Positions 8,726 through 18,016 of a stretch of 43,167 nt of DNA are shown in pieces (within the stretch, counting starts at the first letter, position 1; each line of letters opens with the position of its first letter). Below the pieces are notes generated by a model that was not told where the DNA came from, searched no databases, and was given only the letters and a program-made list of their open reading frames with translations. Position numbers and translations under genes: made by a program. Source of the DNA: a virus (taxonomy: Duplodnaviria; Caudoviricetes); IMG/VR virus record IMGVR_UViG_3300025381_000028, positions 1 to 43,167 of that record; one strand, 5' to 3'.

Positions 8726-9340
8726 ATGAAGACTTTTATTATCGCTGCAGCTATTGCAGTTCTTAGTGCTGTATCTGCTCAAGCAGAAGGTACTGTAACC
8801 GGATCAGCTCTGTTTTCCGGTGGAAATACTCGGCATGGTTTTGATCAGTATGGTCTGCGTTATAACAATGCAAATCAAGTTCTTGACTACGGTGTTGCTC
8901 TTGAAAGCCGTCAGAGCGAAAAGAATGGCCCAGATGCAACTTTTTTCTCGGGTCGTGTTGGTACCTCTCTTCCTGCATGGCGCGGATTTACCACTAAGGT
9001 AAACGTCGAAGCTGGTGAACAAGTTGCTTCAGGTTATCATGCCGGATTCTATGGCTATGGTGTTAAGACCTCGCATCAACTTGCACCTGCAGTATTCAAT
9101 GTTTATGGTGTAAACGTTGGTCCTTTTGACTTCCGTGCTGGTCTTCAGCATCGTGAAGGTTGGAATGCTGCTTCTCTGAATGAAACTCAAGTTTCAGGTG
9201 GCGTTGCTGCTGCTCTGCCAGGTTCTACTGAAGCTGCTCTGAGCCTCGTTAATACCCGTCTGCGTGGTTATCAATTTTTTGATCGTGACCACAAGACAAA
9301 TTCTACCGGTCTTATGGTAACTGTTGCTCATAAGTTCTAA
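8726..9340 (+). CDS. Predicted outer-membrane beta-barrel protein
   Basis: Sec signal peptide ending AQA, amphipathic Gly/aromatic-rich strands, terminal Phe (VTVAHKF). Confidence 0.75.
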   Translation: MKTFIIAAAIAVLSAVSAQAEGTVTGSALFSGGNTRHGFDQYGLRYNNANQVLDYGVALESRQSEKNGPDATFFSGRVGTSLPAWRGFTTKVNVEAGEQVASGYHAGFYGYGVKTSHQLAPAVFNVYGVNVGPFDFRAGLQHREGWNAASLNETQVSGGVAAALPGSTEAALSLVNTRLRGYQFFDRDHKTNSTGLMVTVAHKF

Positions 9341-9348
9341 GATTTGTT

Positions 9349-9356
9349 AATAAATA
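9349..9356 (+). promoter_or_regulatory. T4-type late promoter variant upstream of hsp20
   Basis: AATAAATA immediately before the structured leader. Confidence 0.55.
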
Positions 9357-9414
9357 GTTCTGCCGATGCTTTCGAGGTCGGCAGGACTTATTCTTGCTTT
9401 CAAAGGAGAAACAA
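9357..9414 (+). promoter_or_regulatory. ROSE-like RNA thermometer in hsp20 5' UTR
   Basis: 5' hairpin 9357-9387, then TTCTTGCT-ttcaa-AGGAGAA (9391-9410): UUGCU motif with bulged G paired across the SD. Confidence 0.75.
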
Positions 9415-9894
9415 ATGAAGACTTTTTACGACACTGCCTATACACCACATTTTTCGCGTTATACTATTGGATTTGATCCACTTCTTGATAAGTTGGCAGC
9501 ATTTACTGCTAACACTGTGGTAAAGACATCCAACTTTCCCCCATATAACGTAAAGAAATTAGAAGAAAATAAGTATCTTATTGAACTTGCTGTAGCAGGT
9601 TATACAAAGACAGATATCATCATTGAATATAACAATGGTGAACTTATTGTAAAATCTAACACTACTCAAGAAGCAGATTCTTCTGAGTATATTTGGCAAG
9701 GAATTGCTAAAAGAGCATTCTCCCATAAGTTTACACTTGCTGATACGATTTTAGTAAAATCAGCAACTATGACTAATGGTCTATTAAAGATCTTCTTGGA
9801 AAATATTATTCCAGATGAAAAGAAGCCAAGACAAATTGAAATTGATGATGAAGAAAAAGCACATCAAGAATTCTTGGCAGAGACAATGCGATAA
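9415..9894 (+). CDS. hsp20: Small heat-shock protein Hsp20 (IbpA-like)
   Basis: IGFD, FPPYNV, IELAVAG, GIAKRAF, NGLLKI, KPRQIEI; ATG 9415 after AGGAG. Confidence 0.96.
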   Translation: MKTFYDTAYTPHFSRYTIGFDPLLDKLAAFTANTVVKTSNFPPYNVKKLEENKYLIELAVAGYTKTDIIIEYNNGELIVKSNTTQEADSSEYIWQGIAKRAFSHKFTLADTILVKSATMTNGLLKIFLENIIPDEKKPRQIEIDDEEKAHQEFLAETMR

Positions 9895-9898
9895 TGAG

Positions 9899-9929
9899 AA
9901 TAGGGGAGAGAAATCTCCCCTATTTTTTT
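9899..9929. terminator. Terminator between convergent hsp20 and endolysin
   Basis: AATAGGGGAGA-gaaa-TCTCCCCTATT plus T-run. Confidence 0.85.
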
Positions 9930-10542
9930 ATGTTGATAATAAAACTTTTTGTGCAATATTAAAGAAGTTAATTCTGTTTTGCAGATTTCTCATACTAGGA
10001 TTAATGACCTTTGTAATAGAAGCATTATCTAGTTTATCGGCAAAATCGTTTAACCCATGATAATTCCAAAACCATCCGGCAGATACTGCTGCGCCTTCAA
10101 TAGTTTCTAGATATGTGGTTGTTTCATCAAGAGTCTTTTGTAATGAGTGAGCAAGAAGAATATAATTACCTTTGAATGTAATTTGGATCAACCCTCTACC
10201 ACGATATCTCCAACCATCGCCTGATGCTTCATTGCCATTACCATACTTACTTGCATAAACTTTATTTGCAATCATTTCAGGATTATGTGCATATTGTTGA
10301 GCAGTTGTAGCATTAAATGTATGTGGGAATGTACTCAGTAAACCCGACATAGAATAATTAAGATTTTCTACAACAGCATTAAAGTATTGTGATTCTGTTA
10401 TAATCTGACCAAGAAACGATGCTTGTCTTAATGGAGTATTGATTTGATACATATCAAAGGTTTTATTTAATGCATCAACATAGTTTGCACAATGCGCAAT
10501 ATTAGGTGCGCAAATAGTTTCTAATTGTTGTGGAGTAAGCAT
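9928..10542 (-). CDS. Glycoside hydrolase family 19 endolysin
   Basis: FLGQxxxES, ENLNYS, ANKVY, GDGWRYRGRGLIQIT, SAGWFW. Confidence 0.93.
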   Translation of the reverse strand: MLTPQQLETICAPNIAHCANYVDALNKTFDMYQINTPLRQASFLGQIITESQYFNAVVENLNYSMSGLLSTFPHTFNATTAQQYAHNPEMIANKVYASKYGNGNEASGDGWRYRGRGLIQITFKGNYILLAHSLQKTLDETTTYLETIEGAAVSAGWFWNYHGLNDFADKLDNASITKVINPSMRNLQNRINFFNIAQKVLLST

Positions 10543-10548
10543 TTTTTG

Positions 10549-10578
10549 TTTCCAATTAATTATGATCTGTGGTATAAT
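10549..10578 (+). promoter_or_regulatory. Sigma70-like promoter for gene 43
   Basis: TTTCCA-N18-TATAAT with TGn extended -10. Confidence 0.6.
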
Positions 10579-10603
10579 ATAGAATATATATTTAGGAGGA
10601 TCT

Positions 10604-13105
10604 ATGGCTGCATATTACACTGATGTTAGTATTCGTGGCAATTACATCTACTATCGTGGTAGGGATAATGGTCGGCGAGTTCAAAAGCGCGTTGAATATA
10701 AACCTTATATGTTTATTCCTTCACGAAATAAAGATTCACAATATAGATCTCTCTTTGGTCAAAGCCTTGATAAGCTTGAACTTGATAGCATTCGTGGTGC
10801 CAGAGATTTTGTAAAGAAATATGAAGATGTTGATGGCTTTGAAGTCTTTGGTCTTGACCGTTACATCTATACCTATCTCAATGATAGATTTCCCAATGAA
10901 ATTAATTATGATCCTAATGAAATTAATACTGTAGCAATCGACATCGAAGTTGATTCTTCAGATGGATTTCCAAATATTGAACGTGCAGATAGAGAAATTA
11001 CAGCAATTTCTATGAAGCGCCGTAATACGGTTATGGCATTTGGTTGTGGTGATTATGAACCTGCTGAAGGCGTGCTGTATGTAAAATGTAAAGATGAAAA
11101 GTCTCTTCTTTATAAGTTTCTTGATCTTTGGAATCAGTGGGATGTTGATATTGTAACTGGTTGGCACATTGAACTCTTTGATATTCCATATATTGTTAAC
11201 CGTGTCAAAGTAGTACTCGGTGAAGAAGCTATCAAGAAGCTATCACCATGGGAAATCATTGAAGAAGACACTATTTTCCAAAACAACAAAGAACAAAAGA
11301 CTTATAAGATCAAAGGTGTATGTATCCTTGACTATGAACAGTTGTATCGTAAGTTTACTTACACAAACCAAGAATCTTATAAACTTGACCATATTGCTTT
11401 TGTTGAACTTGGTGAAAGAAAGCTGGATTATAGCGAATATGAAGGTCTACATGATCTTTATCAACGTAACTTCCAAAAGTTCATGGAGTATAACGTACAC
11501 GATGTGCTGCTGATTGACCGTCTTGAAAAAAAGATGGGTCTGATCAGTCTTGCCTTGACTGTTGCTTATGATGCTAAGATCAATTACTCTGATGTGTTTA
11601 CTTCTGTGCGTCTGTGGGATGTTATTATTCATAATCATCTGTTCAAGAAAAATATTATTATTTCTAAGAATAAGGTTACAAAGAAGTATGATCAGTTTGC
11701 TGGTGCATATGTAAAAGATCCTATTGTTGGAATGCATAAGCATACTGCATCATTTGACGTGGAAAGTCTGTATCCTTCTCTTATTGTTCAGTATAATATT
11801 TCTCCCGAAACATTCAGAGGCCGTATTCATAATATGCCTTCTGTTGATAGTCTTGTGCGTGGAGACTTTGATAATACGACTATTCAGCAAAAGTGTATTG
11901 AAGAAAACGTAGCGATTACTGCAAATGGATGTCTTTGGGATAAGGACATCAAAGGTATTTTTCCAGAGCTTGTCGAAAAGATGATGAGTGAAAGAAAGAT
12001 GTATAAACGTATGATGCTTGATGCTCAAAAAGAATATCAAGAAAATCCATCAGTTGATCTTGAGAATAAAATCTCTAAGTATAATAATCTTCAAATGGCT
12101 CGAAAGATTCAGCTCAACTCTCTTTATGGTGCACTTGGAAATCAATACTTCAGGTGGTTCCAAATTGAATTTGCGGAAGCAATTACTCTTACAGGTCAGC
12201 TTGCAATCCGTTGGACTGAACGACATATCAATACATTCTTGAATAAGACTCTCAATACTACAAATATTGATCGTGTTATTGCAATTGATACTGACTCGGT
12301 TTATCTTAATCTAAATGATCTTGTCAAATCAATGGTCAAGAATTATACGACAGAAAAAGCTATTGATTTTATGGATAAAGCTTGCGGAACAGTTATTCAA
12401 GAAGTAATTAACAAAAGCTTTAATGATCTTGTACAATATACTAATGCTTATACTCCATTCCTGAAAATGAAGCGAGAAGCTTTGGCAGATAAGGGAATAT
12501 GGACTGCAAAGAAGAGGTATATACTTAATGTATACGACAATGAAGGCGTAAGATATAAAGAACCTAAGCTTAAGATGATGGGTATCGAAGCCGTCAAATC
12601 ATCAACACCTTCATCTTGTCGAGAAAAAATTAAAGACACACTTAAAATTATTATGAAAGGTACAGAAGAAGATGTCATCAAAACAATCGAAGAATTCAGA
12701 AGTGAGTTCAAAAAGCTCCCGTTCGAAGAAATCGCATTCCCCAGAGGATGTAACAATCTCACGGAATACAAGGACAAAGATCTCATATACAAAAAAGGAA
12801 CTCCTATCCATGTCCGCGGTGCATTGGTGTTTAACAATCTACTTCAATCAAAGCAACTCGAAAACAGAATCGAGCTTGTAAAAGAAGGCGAGAAGATTAA
12901 GTTCTGTTATCTTAAACTTCCAAACCCTCTTCGTGAGAATGTAATCTCGGTAGTAAATACTTTGCCGAGACAATTAGACCTTGACAAATATATTGACTAT
13001 GAGTTACAATTTACTAAAGCATATCTCGAACCAATTAAAAGTATACTTGATGTAATTGGATATTCTACCGAGAAGCGTGCTACACTTTCAGATTTTTTTG
13101 GATAA
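10604..13105 (+). CDS. gp43: Family B DNA polymerase
   Basis: DIE exonuclease I, SFDVESLYPS, KIQLNSLYG, DTDS, KKRY; C-terminal TLSDFFG. Confidence 0.98.
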   Translation: MAAYYTDVSIRGNYIYYRGRDNGRRVQKRVEYKPYMFIPSRNKDSQYRSLFGQSLDKLELDSIRGARDFVKKYEDVDGFEVFGLDRYIYTYLNDRFPNEINYDPNEINTVAIDIEVDSSDGFPNIERADREITAISMKRRNTVMAFGCGDYEPAEGVLYVKCKDEKSLLYKFLDLWNQWDVDIVTGWHIELFDIPYIVNRVKVVLGEEAIKKLSPWEIIEEDTIFQNNKEQKTYKIKGVCILDYEQLYRKFTYTNQESYKLDHIAFVELGERKLDYSEYEGLHDLYQRNFQKFMEYNVHDVLLIDRLEKKMGLISLALTVAYDAKINYSDVFTSVRLWDVIIHNHLFKKNIIISKNKVTKKYDQFAGAYVKDPIVGMHKHTASFDVESLYPSLIVQYNISPETFRGRIHNMPSVDSLVRGDFDNTTIQQKCIEENVAITANGCLWDKDIKGIFPELVEKMMSERKMYKRMMLDAQKEYQENPSVDLENKISKYNNLQMARKIQLNSLYGALGNQYFRWFQIEFAEAITLTGQLAIRWTERHINTFLNKTLNTTNIDRVIAIDTDSVYLNLNDLVKSMVKNYTTEKAIDFMDKACGTVIQEVINKSFNDLVQYTNAYTPFLKMKREALADKGIWTAKKRYILNVYDNEGVRYKEPKLKMMGIEAVKSSTPSSCREKIKDTLKIIMKGTEEDVIKTIEEFRSEFKKLPFEEIAFPRGCNNLTEYKDKDLIYKKGTPIHVRGALVFNNLLQSKQLENRIELVKEGEKIKFCYLKLPNPLRENVISVVNTLPRQLDLDKYIDYELQFTKAYLEPIKSILDVIGYSTEKRATLSDFFG

Positions 13106-13114
13106 GGAATTAAA

Positions 13115-14161
13115 ATGAGTCTTCTACTTAAGCTTAAGAAAAATTCTACTATTAAAGAAACAGATATTCTTACTGAGTCAAATCTGTTTAATGATAAGGA
13201 TATGGTTACAACACGAGTTCCTATGATTAATGTTGCCTTGTCGGGTGATCTTAATGGTGGACTTACTCCCGGTCTTACAATGTGGGCTGGACCATCCAAA
13301 CACTTCAAGACAGCCTTCTCACTTCTTATGGCAAAGTCATATATGGATAAGTATCCTGAGTCTGTGCTGTTGTTCTATGACTCAGAATTTGGTACTCCTA
13401 AGGCATACTTTGAGTCTTTTGAGATTGATATGAACCGTGTACTGCATACTCCTATTGTTGATATTGAACGACTGAAGTTTGATGTCGTACAACAGCTTGA
13501 AGAAATTAACCGCGGTGATAAGGTAATTATCATTATCGACTCGATTGGTAACCTTGCTTCAAAGAAGGAAGTTGAGGATGCAAAGGAACAAAAGTCGGTG
13601 GCTGACATGTCTCGAGCAAAGCAAATCAAGTCTTTGTTCAGAATGGTTACACCTTATTTGACTCTTAAGGACATTCCAATGATTGTCGTAAATCATACTT
13701 ATATGACCATGGAAATGTTTGCAAAGCCAGTTGTTTCAGGTGGTACCGGTTCTTATTACTCAGCAGATAATATCTTTATTATCGGCCGTCAACAAGATAA
13801 GGATGGTAAGGAACTTATGGGTTACCATTTTATTATCAATGTTGAAAAGTCTCGATATGTAAAGGAAAAGTCAAAGATTCCAATTACAGTATCGCATAAT
13901 GGTGGTATCTCGAAGTGGTCTGGTTTGCTTGACGTGGCCGTTGAAGGCGGGTTTGTTGTAAAGCCTTCAAATGGTTGGTATTCAAGAGTAGATTCAGAAA
14001 CTGGTGAAATTGAAGCTAAGAAGTTCCGTGAAAAGGATACTAATACTAAGGATTTCTGGGATCAAGTACTCAAGGATGTCAAGTTTAATCAATATATAAA
14101 GAATACTTATGCTGTATCCCATGGTAATATTCTTCAAGAAGAAGAAGGAGAAATTGGTTGA
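13115..14161 (+). CDS. uvsX: RecA-like recombinase
   Basis: AGPSKHFKT, FYDSEFG, DSIGNLASKKE, NHTY. Confidence 0.97.
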   Translation: MSLLLKLKKNSTIKETDILTESNLFNDKDMVTTRVPMINVALSGDLNGGLTPGLTMWAGPSKHFKTAFSLLMAKSYMDKYPESVLLFYDSEFGTPKAYFESFEIDMNRVLHTPIVDIERLKFDVVQQLEEINRGDKVIIIIDSIGNLASKKEVEDAKEQKSVADMSRAKQIKSLFRMVTPYLTLKDIPMIVVNHTYMTMEMFAKPVVSGGTGSYYSADNIFIIGRQQDKDGKELMGYHFIINVEKSRYVKEKSKIPITVSHNGGISKWSGLLDVAVEGGFVVKPSNGWYSRVDSETGEIEAKKFREKDTNTKDFWDQVLKDVKFNQYIKNTYAVSHGNILQEEEGEIG

Positions 14162-15573
14162 TTGAGAACACAATTCTTGCACATCTGATTAACAACGAAG
14201 CTTATACAAGAAAGGTTATTCCATATATCAAGAATGAATATTTTTCTAATGAAAGCAATAAGATTATCTATGGTGCAGTAAAGAATTATCTCGACAAGTA
14301 TAATTCCGTGCCTTCTATTGAAGCACTGAGAATTGATATTGATAAGATTAATGGTATTCCTGCCCAAGTTTATAATAATATTGAAGAAACTCTTGGTGGA
14401 ATTAACTATGATGCAACCACAGACTTTAATTGGCTTGTAGATGAAACTGAAAAGTATTGTCAAGAACGTGCAGTATATAATGCTATTGCTGAGTCTATTA
14501 CAATCATTGATGGCAAGTCTAAAGATAAGGGTAAGGGATCAATCCCACAAATTCTTTCTGAAGCACTTGCCATTTCTTTTGATGAAAGCGTTGGCCACGA
14601 CTTCTTGTCTGACTCAGCTTCTCGTTATGAGTTTTATCATCAAAAGGAACAAAGAATTCCATTTGATCTAAATTATTTTAATGTTATTACTCGTGGTGGT
14701 TTGCCAAGAAAGACTCTCAATGTTATTCTTGCAGGCACCGGTGTGGGTAAGACTATGTTCATGTGTCATATGGCTGCATCTAATCTTATGGCTGGTGCTA
14801 ATGTATTGTATATTACAATGGAAATGGCTGAAGAAAAGATTGCAGAACGTATTGACTCAAATCTACTTAATGTGACTGTAGATGAACTTAAGGTTCTGCC
14901 AAAAGATGCTTATGAAAAGAAAATGGATCGTCTGAGATCTAAGTGTAAGGGTCGACTGATTATTAAGGAATATCCAACATCTGTTGCTGGCAGTGCTAAC
15001 TTCAGACATCTTATTCAGGAACTCAAACTGAAAAAGAAGTTTACTCCTGATATTATCTACATCGATTATTTGAATATTTGTGCTTCATCTCGTATGAAGA
15101 TGGGCAATGCAGTCAATAGTTACATTTATATTAAGGCAATTGCTGAAGAAATTCGTGGTCTTGCTGTTGAGTTTGAAGTACCAATTGTTACTGCAACTCA
15201 AACTAATCGTGATGGCTTCAATAGTTCTGATGTGGATCTTACAAATACATCTGAAAGTTTTGGCCTTCCGGCAACTGCTGACTTGATGTTTGCTTTGATT
15301 TCTACTGATGAACTAGAAGAAATTCATCAGCTTCTGGTCAAACAACTTAAGAATCGTTATAATGATCTTAATACTCATAAATCATTTGTTATCGGCGTTG
15401 ACCGTTCCAGAATGAAACTCTATGATGTCGAATCATCAGCTCAAAATACATTTGATGATACTGGACCTGTCATGGATAATACTGGATACGGTCAACGCCT
15501 TGATGAAGATCAAAACATGAAGTTTGTAACTAAGAAAGCTGGTCGTAAAGACTTTTCAACTATTAAGACTTAA
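14158..15573 (+). CDS. gp41: Replicative DnaB-like helicase
   Basis: AGTGVGKT, ITMEMAEE, IDYLNI, ATQTNR, SESFGLPATAD, QLKNRY. Confidence 0.97.
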   Translation: MIENTILAHLINNEAYTRKVIPYIKNEYFSNESNKIIYGAVKNYLDKYNSVPSIEALRIDIDKINGIPAQVYNNIEETLGGINYDATTDFNWLVDETEKYCQERAVYNAIAESITIIDGKSKDKGKGSIPQILSEALAISFDESVGHDFLSDSASRYEFYHQKEQRIPFDLNYFNVITRGGLPRKTLNVILAGTGVGKTMFMCHMAASNLMAGANVLYITMEMAEEKIAERIDSNLLNVTVDELKVLPKDAYEKKMDRLRSKCKGRLIIKEYPTSVAGSANFRHLIQELKLKKKFTPDIIYIDYLNICASSRMKMGNAVNSYIYIKAIAEEIRGLAVEFEVPIVTATQTNRDGFNSSDVDLTNTSESFGLPATADLMFALISTDELEEIHQLLVKQLKNRYNDLNTHKSFVIGVDRSRMKLYDVESSAQNTFDDTGPVMDNTGYGQRLDEDQNMKFVTKKAGRKDFSTIKT

Positions 15574-16318
15574 AGTTTGTTGAAAGATCTTGTACCAGTT
15601 CATTCCAAGTCAGATGATTTGGGGCTATATTTTGTTTATTGACCCAGTCAGTGCTTAGAACAGCCCAGGCTTCTTCAACATACTTGCTCCAGAATCCCCA
15701 GGTCATCTGCTTGACTTCACCCCAGGTAATAACTACTGGACCAATTGCATTATAACCTACGACTGGTACAGCATGACCACCCCATGAACCTGGTGCAGCA
15801 TTAGGACCAACTGATTCAGCCCAAATATCTTGATTTTGTGCTGTAATAGGAAGAGCTACACCAATATAGCATACATCAAATAGATATACACATAGCTTAA
15901 GCTGATTGATTTGACTAACTTCTACGGCAAGATAATTATTAATCTTATGACCGCCAATACCATGCCACTTCCAATAGCTAAGAACATTTCTTTCTACTGC
16001 GCCACGATCTGTATTAGGATCGCGTGGATTATATCCCGTAATAGCAGAATACATTTGTAAAATTACTGCGTCTGATAAATCAACTTCTTTTGATTGAGCT
16101 AAATGAGTCCATTTCTGAATACAGTGACCTGCAGAAGCAATTGTGCAATCGCCAACACGATCATTAGCCATCATAGGCCAATGAGAAATATCAGTATAAT
16201 CTGTAACAGTAGCTGGAACATTTATAGACTCTGCAGTCATGTATGCTGCAAGATATTTTGTTTCTGGAGAATGCTCTGCAGGCAATTTTCCTAATTTCAT
16301 TTGACTATGATCTACCAT
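15563..16318 (-). CDS. Papain-like (C1-type) cysteine peptidase
   Basis: NDRVGDCTIA (Cys), GGHAVPVVGY (His), ITWG; start placed at ATG 16318 after AAGGA. Confidence 0.8.
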   Translation of the reverse strand: MVDHSQMKLGKLPAEHSPETKYLAAYMTAESINVPATVTDYTDISHWPMMANDRVGDCTIASAGHCIQKWTHLAQSKEVDLSDAVILQMYSAITGYNPRDPNTDRGAVERNVLSYWKWHGIGGHKINNYLAVEVSQINQLKLCVYLFDVCYIGVALPITAQNQDIWAESVGPNAAPGSWGGHAVPVVGYNAIGPVVITWGEVKQMTWGFWSKYVEEAWAVLSTDWVNKQNIAPNHLTWNELVQDLSTNFKS

Positions 16319-16347
16319 GATTAATTCCTTTTTAATGGCCACAGAGA

Positions 16348-16355
16348 TATTTATA
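16348..16355 (-). promoter_or_regulatory. T4-type late promoter for the peptidase
   Basis: Perfect TATAAATA on minus strand. Confidence 0.8.
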
Positions 16356-16384
16356 TTTACATTAATTCATAACCAATATATAAT
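16356..16384 (+). promoter_or_regulatory. Sigma70-like promoter for tRNA operon
   Basis: TTTACA-N17-TATAAT, 12 nt upstream of tRNA-Arg. Confidence 0.8.
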
Positions 16385-16396
16385 CAATAAGACAAT

Positions 16397-16473
16397 GACT
16401 ACGTAGCTCAGTTGGATAGAGCAACAGCCTTCTAAGCTGTGGGTCGCTGGTTCGAATCCAGCCGTGGTCGCCA
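16397..16473 (+). tRNA. tRNA-Arg(UCU)
   Basis: Full cloverleaf; ACAGC-CTTCTAA-GCTGT anticodon arm; GGTTCGAATCC; encoded CCA. Confidence 0.97.
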
Positions 16474-16477
16474 TTAT

Positions 16478-16567
16478 GGAAGCGTGACCGAGTGGTTTAA
16501 GGTACTGGTCTTGAAAACCAGCGAGGGTGAAAATCCTCCGTGAGTTCGAATCTCACCGCTTCCGCCA
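16478..16567 (+). tRNA. tRNA-Ser(UGA)
   Basis: GGAAGCG/CGCTTCC acceptor, CTGGT-CTTGAAA-ACCAG, long variable arm, G73, CCA. Confidence 0.97.
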
Positions 16568-16587
16568 AACTTTTGTGGAGTTATATT

Positions 16588-16902
16588 ATGCCTTATTCGA
16601 TGTATAGAACAAAAGATGGTATGGGTGATTCTGGTCCTCTATCTTTGGCTCTCATTCCTGTTCGTGATGAAGAAGGACTGTTTTTCAAGTATGAAGAAGA
16701 ATATAATGCTCGTCCTCGTGTAGGTGTTGTAATGCGAGTTGGATCAATGATGGCTCGTTCATTTCAGCAGCAAGATTGGTGGCAAACTACTCTCATTACT
16801 GAAATTACAGACGAATGGGAAGAAACAGACGAGGATGGTAATGTGACTGAGTGTGTTCGGTTTAAGACTGGCAACTCAACTTATTATTGGAAAAAGTTCT
16901 AA
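16588..16902 (+). CDS. Hypothetical phage protein
   Basis: GGAG SD before ATG 16588; longer ORF call overlaps the tRNA. Confidence 0.8.
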   Translation: MPYSMYRTKDGMGDSGPLSLALIPVRDEEGLFFKYEEEYNARPRVGVVMRVGSMMARSFQQQDWWQTTLITEITDEWEETDEDGNVTECVRFKTGNSTYYWKKF

Positions 16903-17114
16903 TGAAAACATATTTGTATCTTGAACAAGGTGAACATTGGACTAAGGATGTAATACACACTGTTACTGAGAAAGATATTCTTGATGCATACTGGCCAGTT
17001 TGGTATCCATTGATGGTAAAAAAGTATGGCGAAGGTCATGAATTTATCACTGAAGAAAATTGTATTGCGGATTTTGTAACTGTTAATTGGGCATGGGAAA
17101 AACCAGATGACTGA
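16902..17114 (+). CDS. Hypothetical phage protein
   Basis: TAATG coupling to previous gene. Confidence 0.75.
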   Translation: MKTYLYLEQGEHWTKDVIHTVTEKDILDAYWPVWYPLMVKKYGEGHEFITEENCIADFVTVNWAWEKPDD

Positions 17115-17361
17115 AACAGAAAAAGAACTAGAAAGATATAGAAATGGTTACCAAGGCTCTTGCTATGCATGTGAACCTGTGGGTATGCTAAATCAACGAC
17201 TACGTGAACTCATTGGAGAGTTTTTCAAGCTGCTTGATACGGTAGAAGAATCAAACAGTGGTCATGAGTTTCATCCTGTGCAGATTACTTGTTCTAGAGT
17301 CATGATGATGGAACCTCTTAATAAAGTTTTGAAAGAAATGAAAGAACAAGTCAATGAGTGA
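17107..17361 (+). CDS. Hypothetical protein
   Basis: 8-nt overlap in tightly packed operon; CxxC motif. Confidence 0.7.
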   Translation: MTETEKELERYRNGYQGSCYACEPVGMLNQRLRELIGEFFKLLDTVEESNSGHEFHPVQITCSRVMMMEPLNKVLKEMKEQVNE

Positions 17362-17524
17362 ATATACAAAAAAACTTACTGCTGAACAACTTATTCGGTT
17401 TATTGCCACAGACTATGTTGAGTTGAGTCACGATAAAATCGTTTGGCAACGTGATGATCATATAATGATTTGCCGTGAATGGATGTTGAATAATCTACTG
17501 GAGAAAAAAGATGAGAACATTTGA
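17354..17524 (+). CDS. Small hypothetical protein (56 aa, not in ORF track)
   Basis: MSEYTKKLTAEQLIRFIATDYVELSHDK...; fills the gap with overlaps at both ends. Confidence 0.65.
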   Translation: MSEYTKKLTAEQLIRFIATDYVELSHDKIVWQRDDHIMICREWMLNNLLEKKDENI

Positions 17525-17735
17525 ATTTAGAATGACAGAATATAAAGAAAACAGTAGTCTTGATGATGCTGTTAGTGTTGGAGAAATTAATTCAGAATCA
17601 ATCAGCCACCATTTTTCAGGTACAGATTTAAGTGTAGATGATCTTCTTTATCACTTTATGAAGTATTTGAAAGCTTGTGATTATTGTTTTAGAATAGATG
17701 ACACTTTGGAGGTAGTTAATAACTACAATGAATAA
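17511..17735 (+). CDS. Hypothetical protein
   Basis: GGAG SD, operon packing. Confidence 0.75.
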   Translation: MRTFEFRMTEYKENSSLDDAVSVGEINSESISHHFSGTDLSVDDLLYHFMKYLKACDYCFRIDDTLEVVNNYNE

Positions 17736-18015
17736 GTATTTGGTTGAAACCATTTCTGTTTTTAGAATTAGATATGTTGTAGAAGCACAAGAAGAATCTC
17801 ATGCTCTTGATGAAGTAGTTATGAATAATACTGGTGAATATAACGACGATTGGCACGAGTTTTCACAAAAGCATATCAGTGAAGATATTGTTTCATCTCG
17901 TCCATTGACAGATAATGAATTCTTTGATATATTTGATAAGGATAATGATTATCTCAAAACCTGGACTAAAGAACAGAAGCTAAAATTTATCAACGTAATT
18001 AATTATAAGGATTAA
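17728..18015 (+). CDS. Hypothetical phage protein
   Basis: Overlapping start, operon packing. Confidence 0.75.
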   Translation: MNKYLVETISVFRIRYVVEAQEESHALDEVVMNNTGEYNDDWHEFSQKHISEDIVSSRPLTDNEFFDIFDKDNDYLKTWTKEQKLKFINVINYKD

Positions 18016-18016
18016 T

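Noticed and set aside
16540-16587. Extended start of the 120-aa ORF
   Set aside because: Lies inside tRNA-Ser; ATG 16588 has a proper SD
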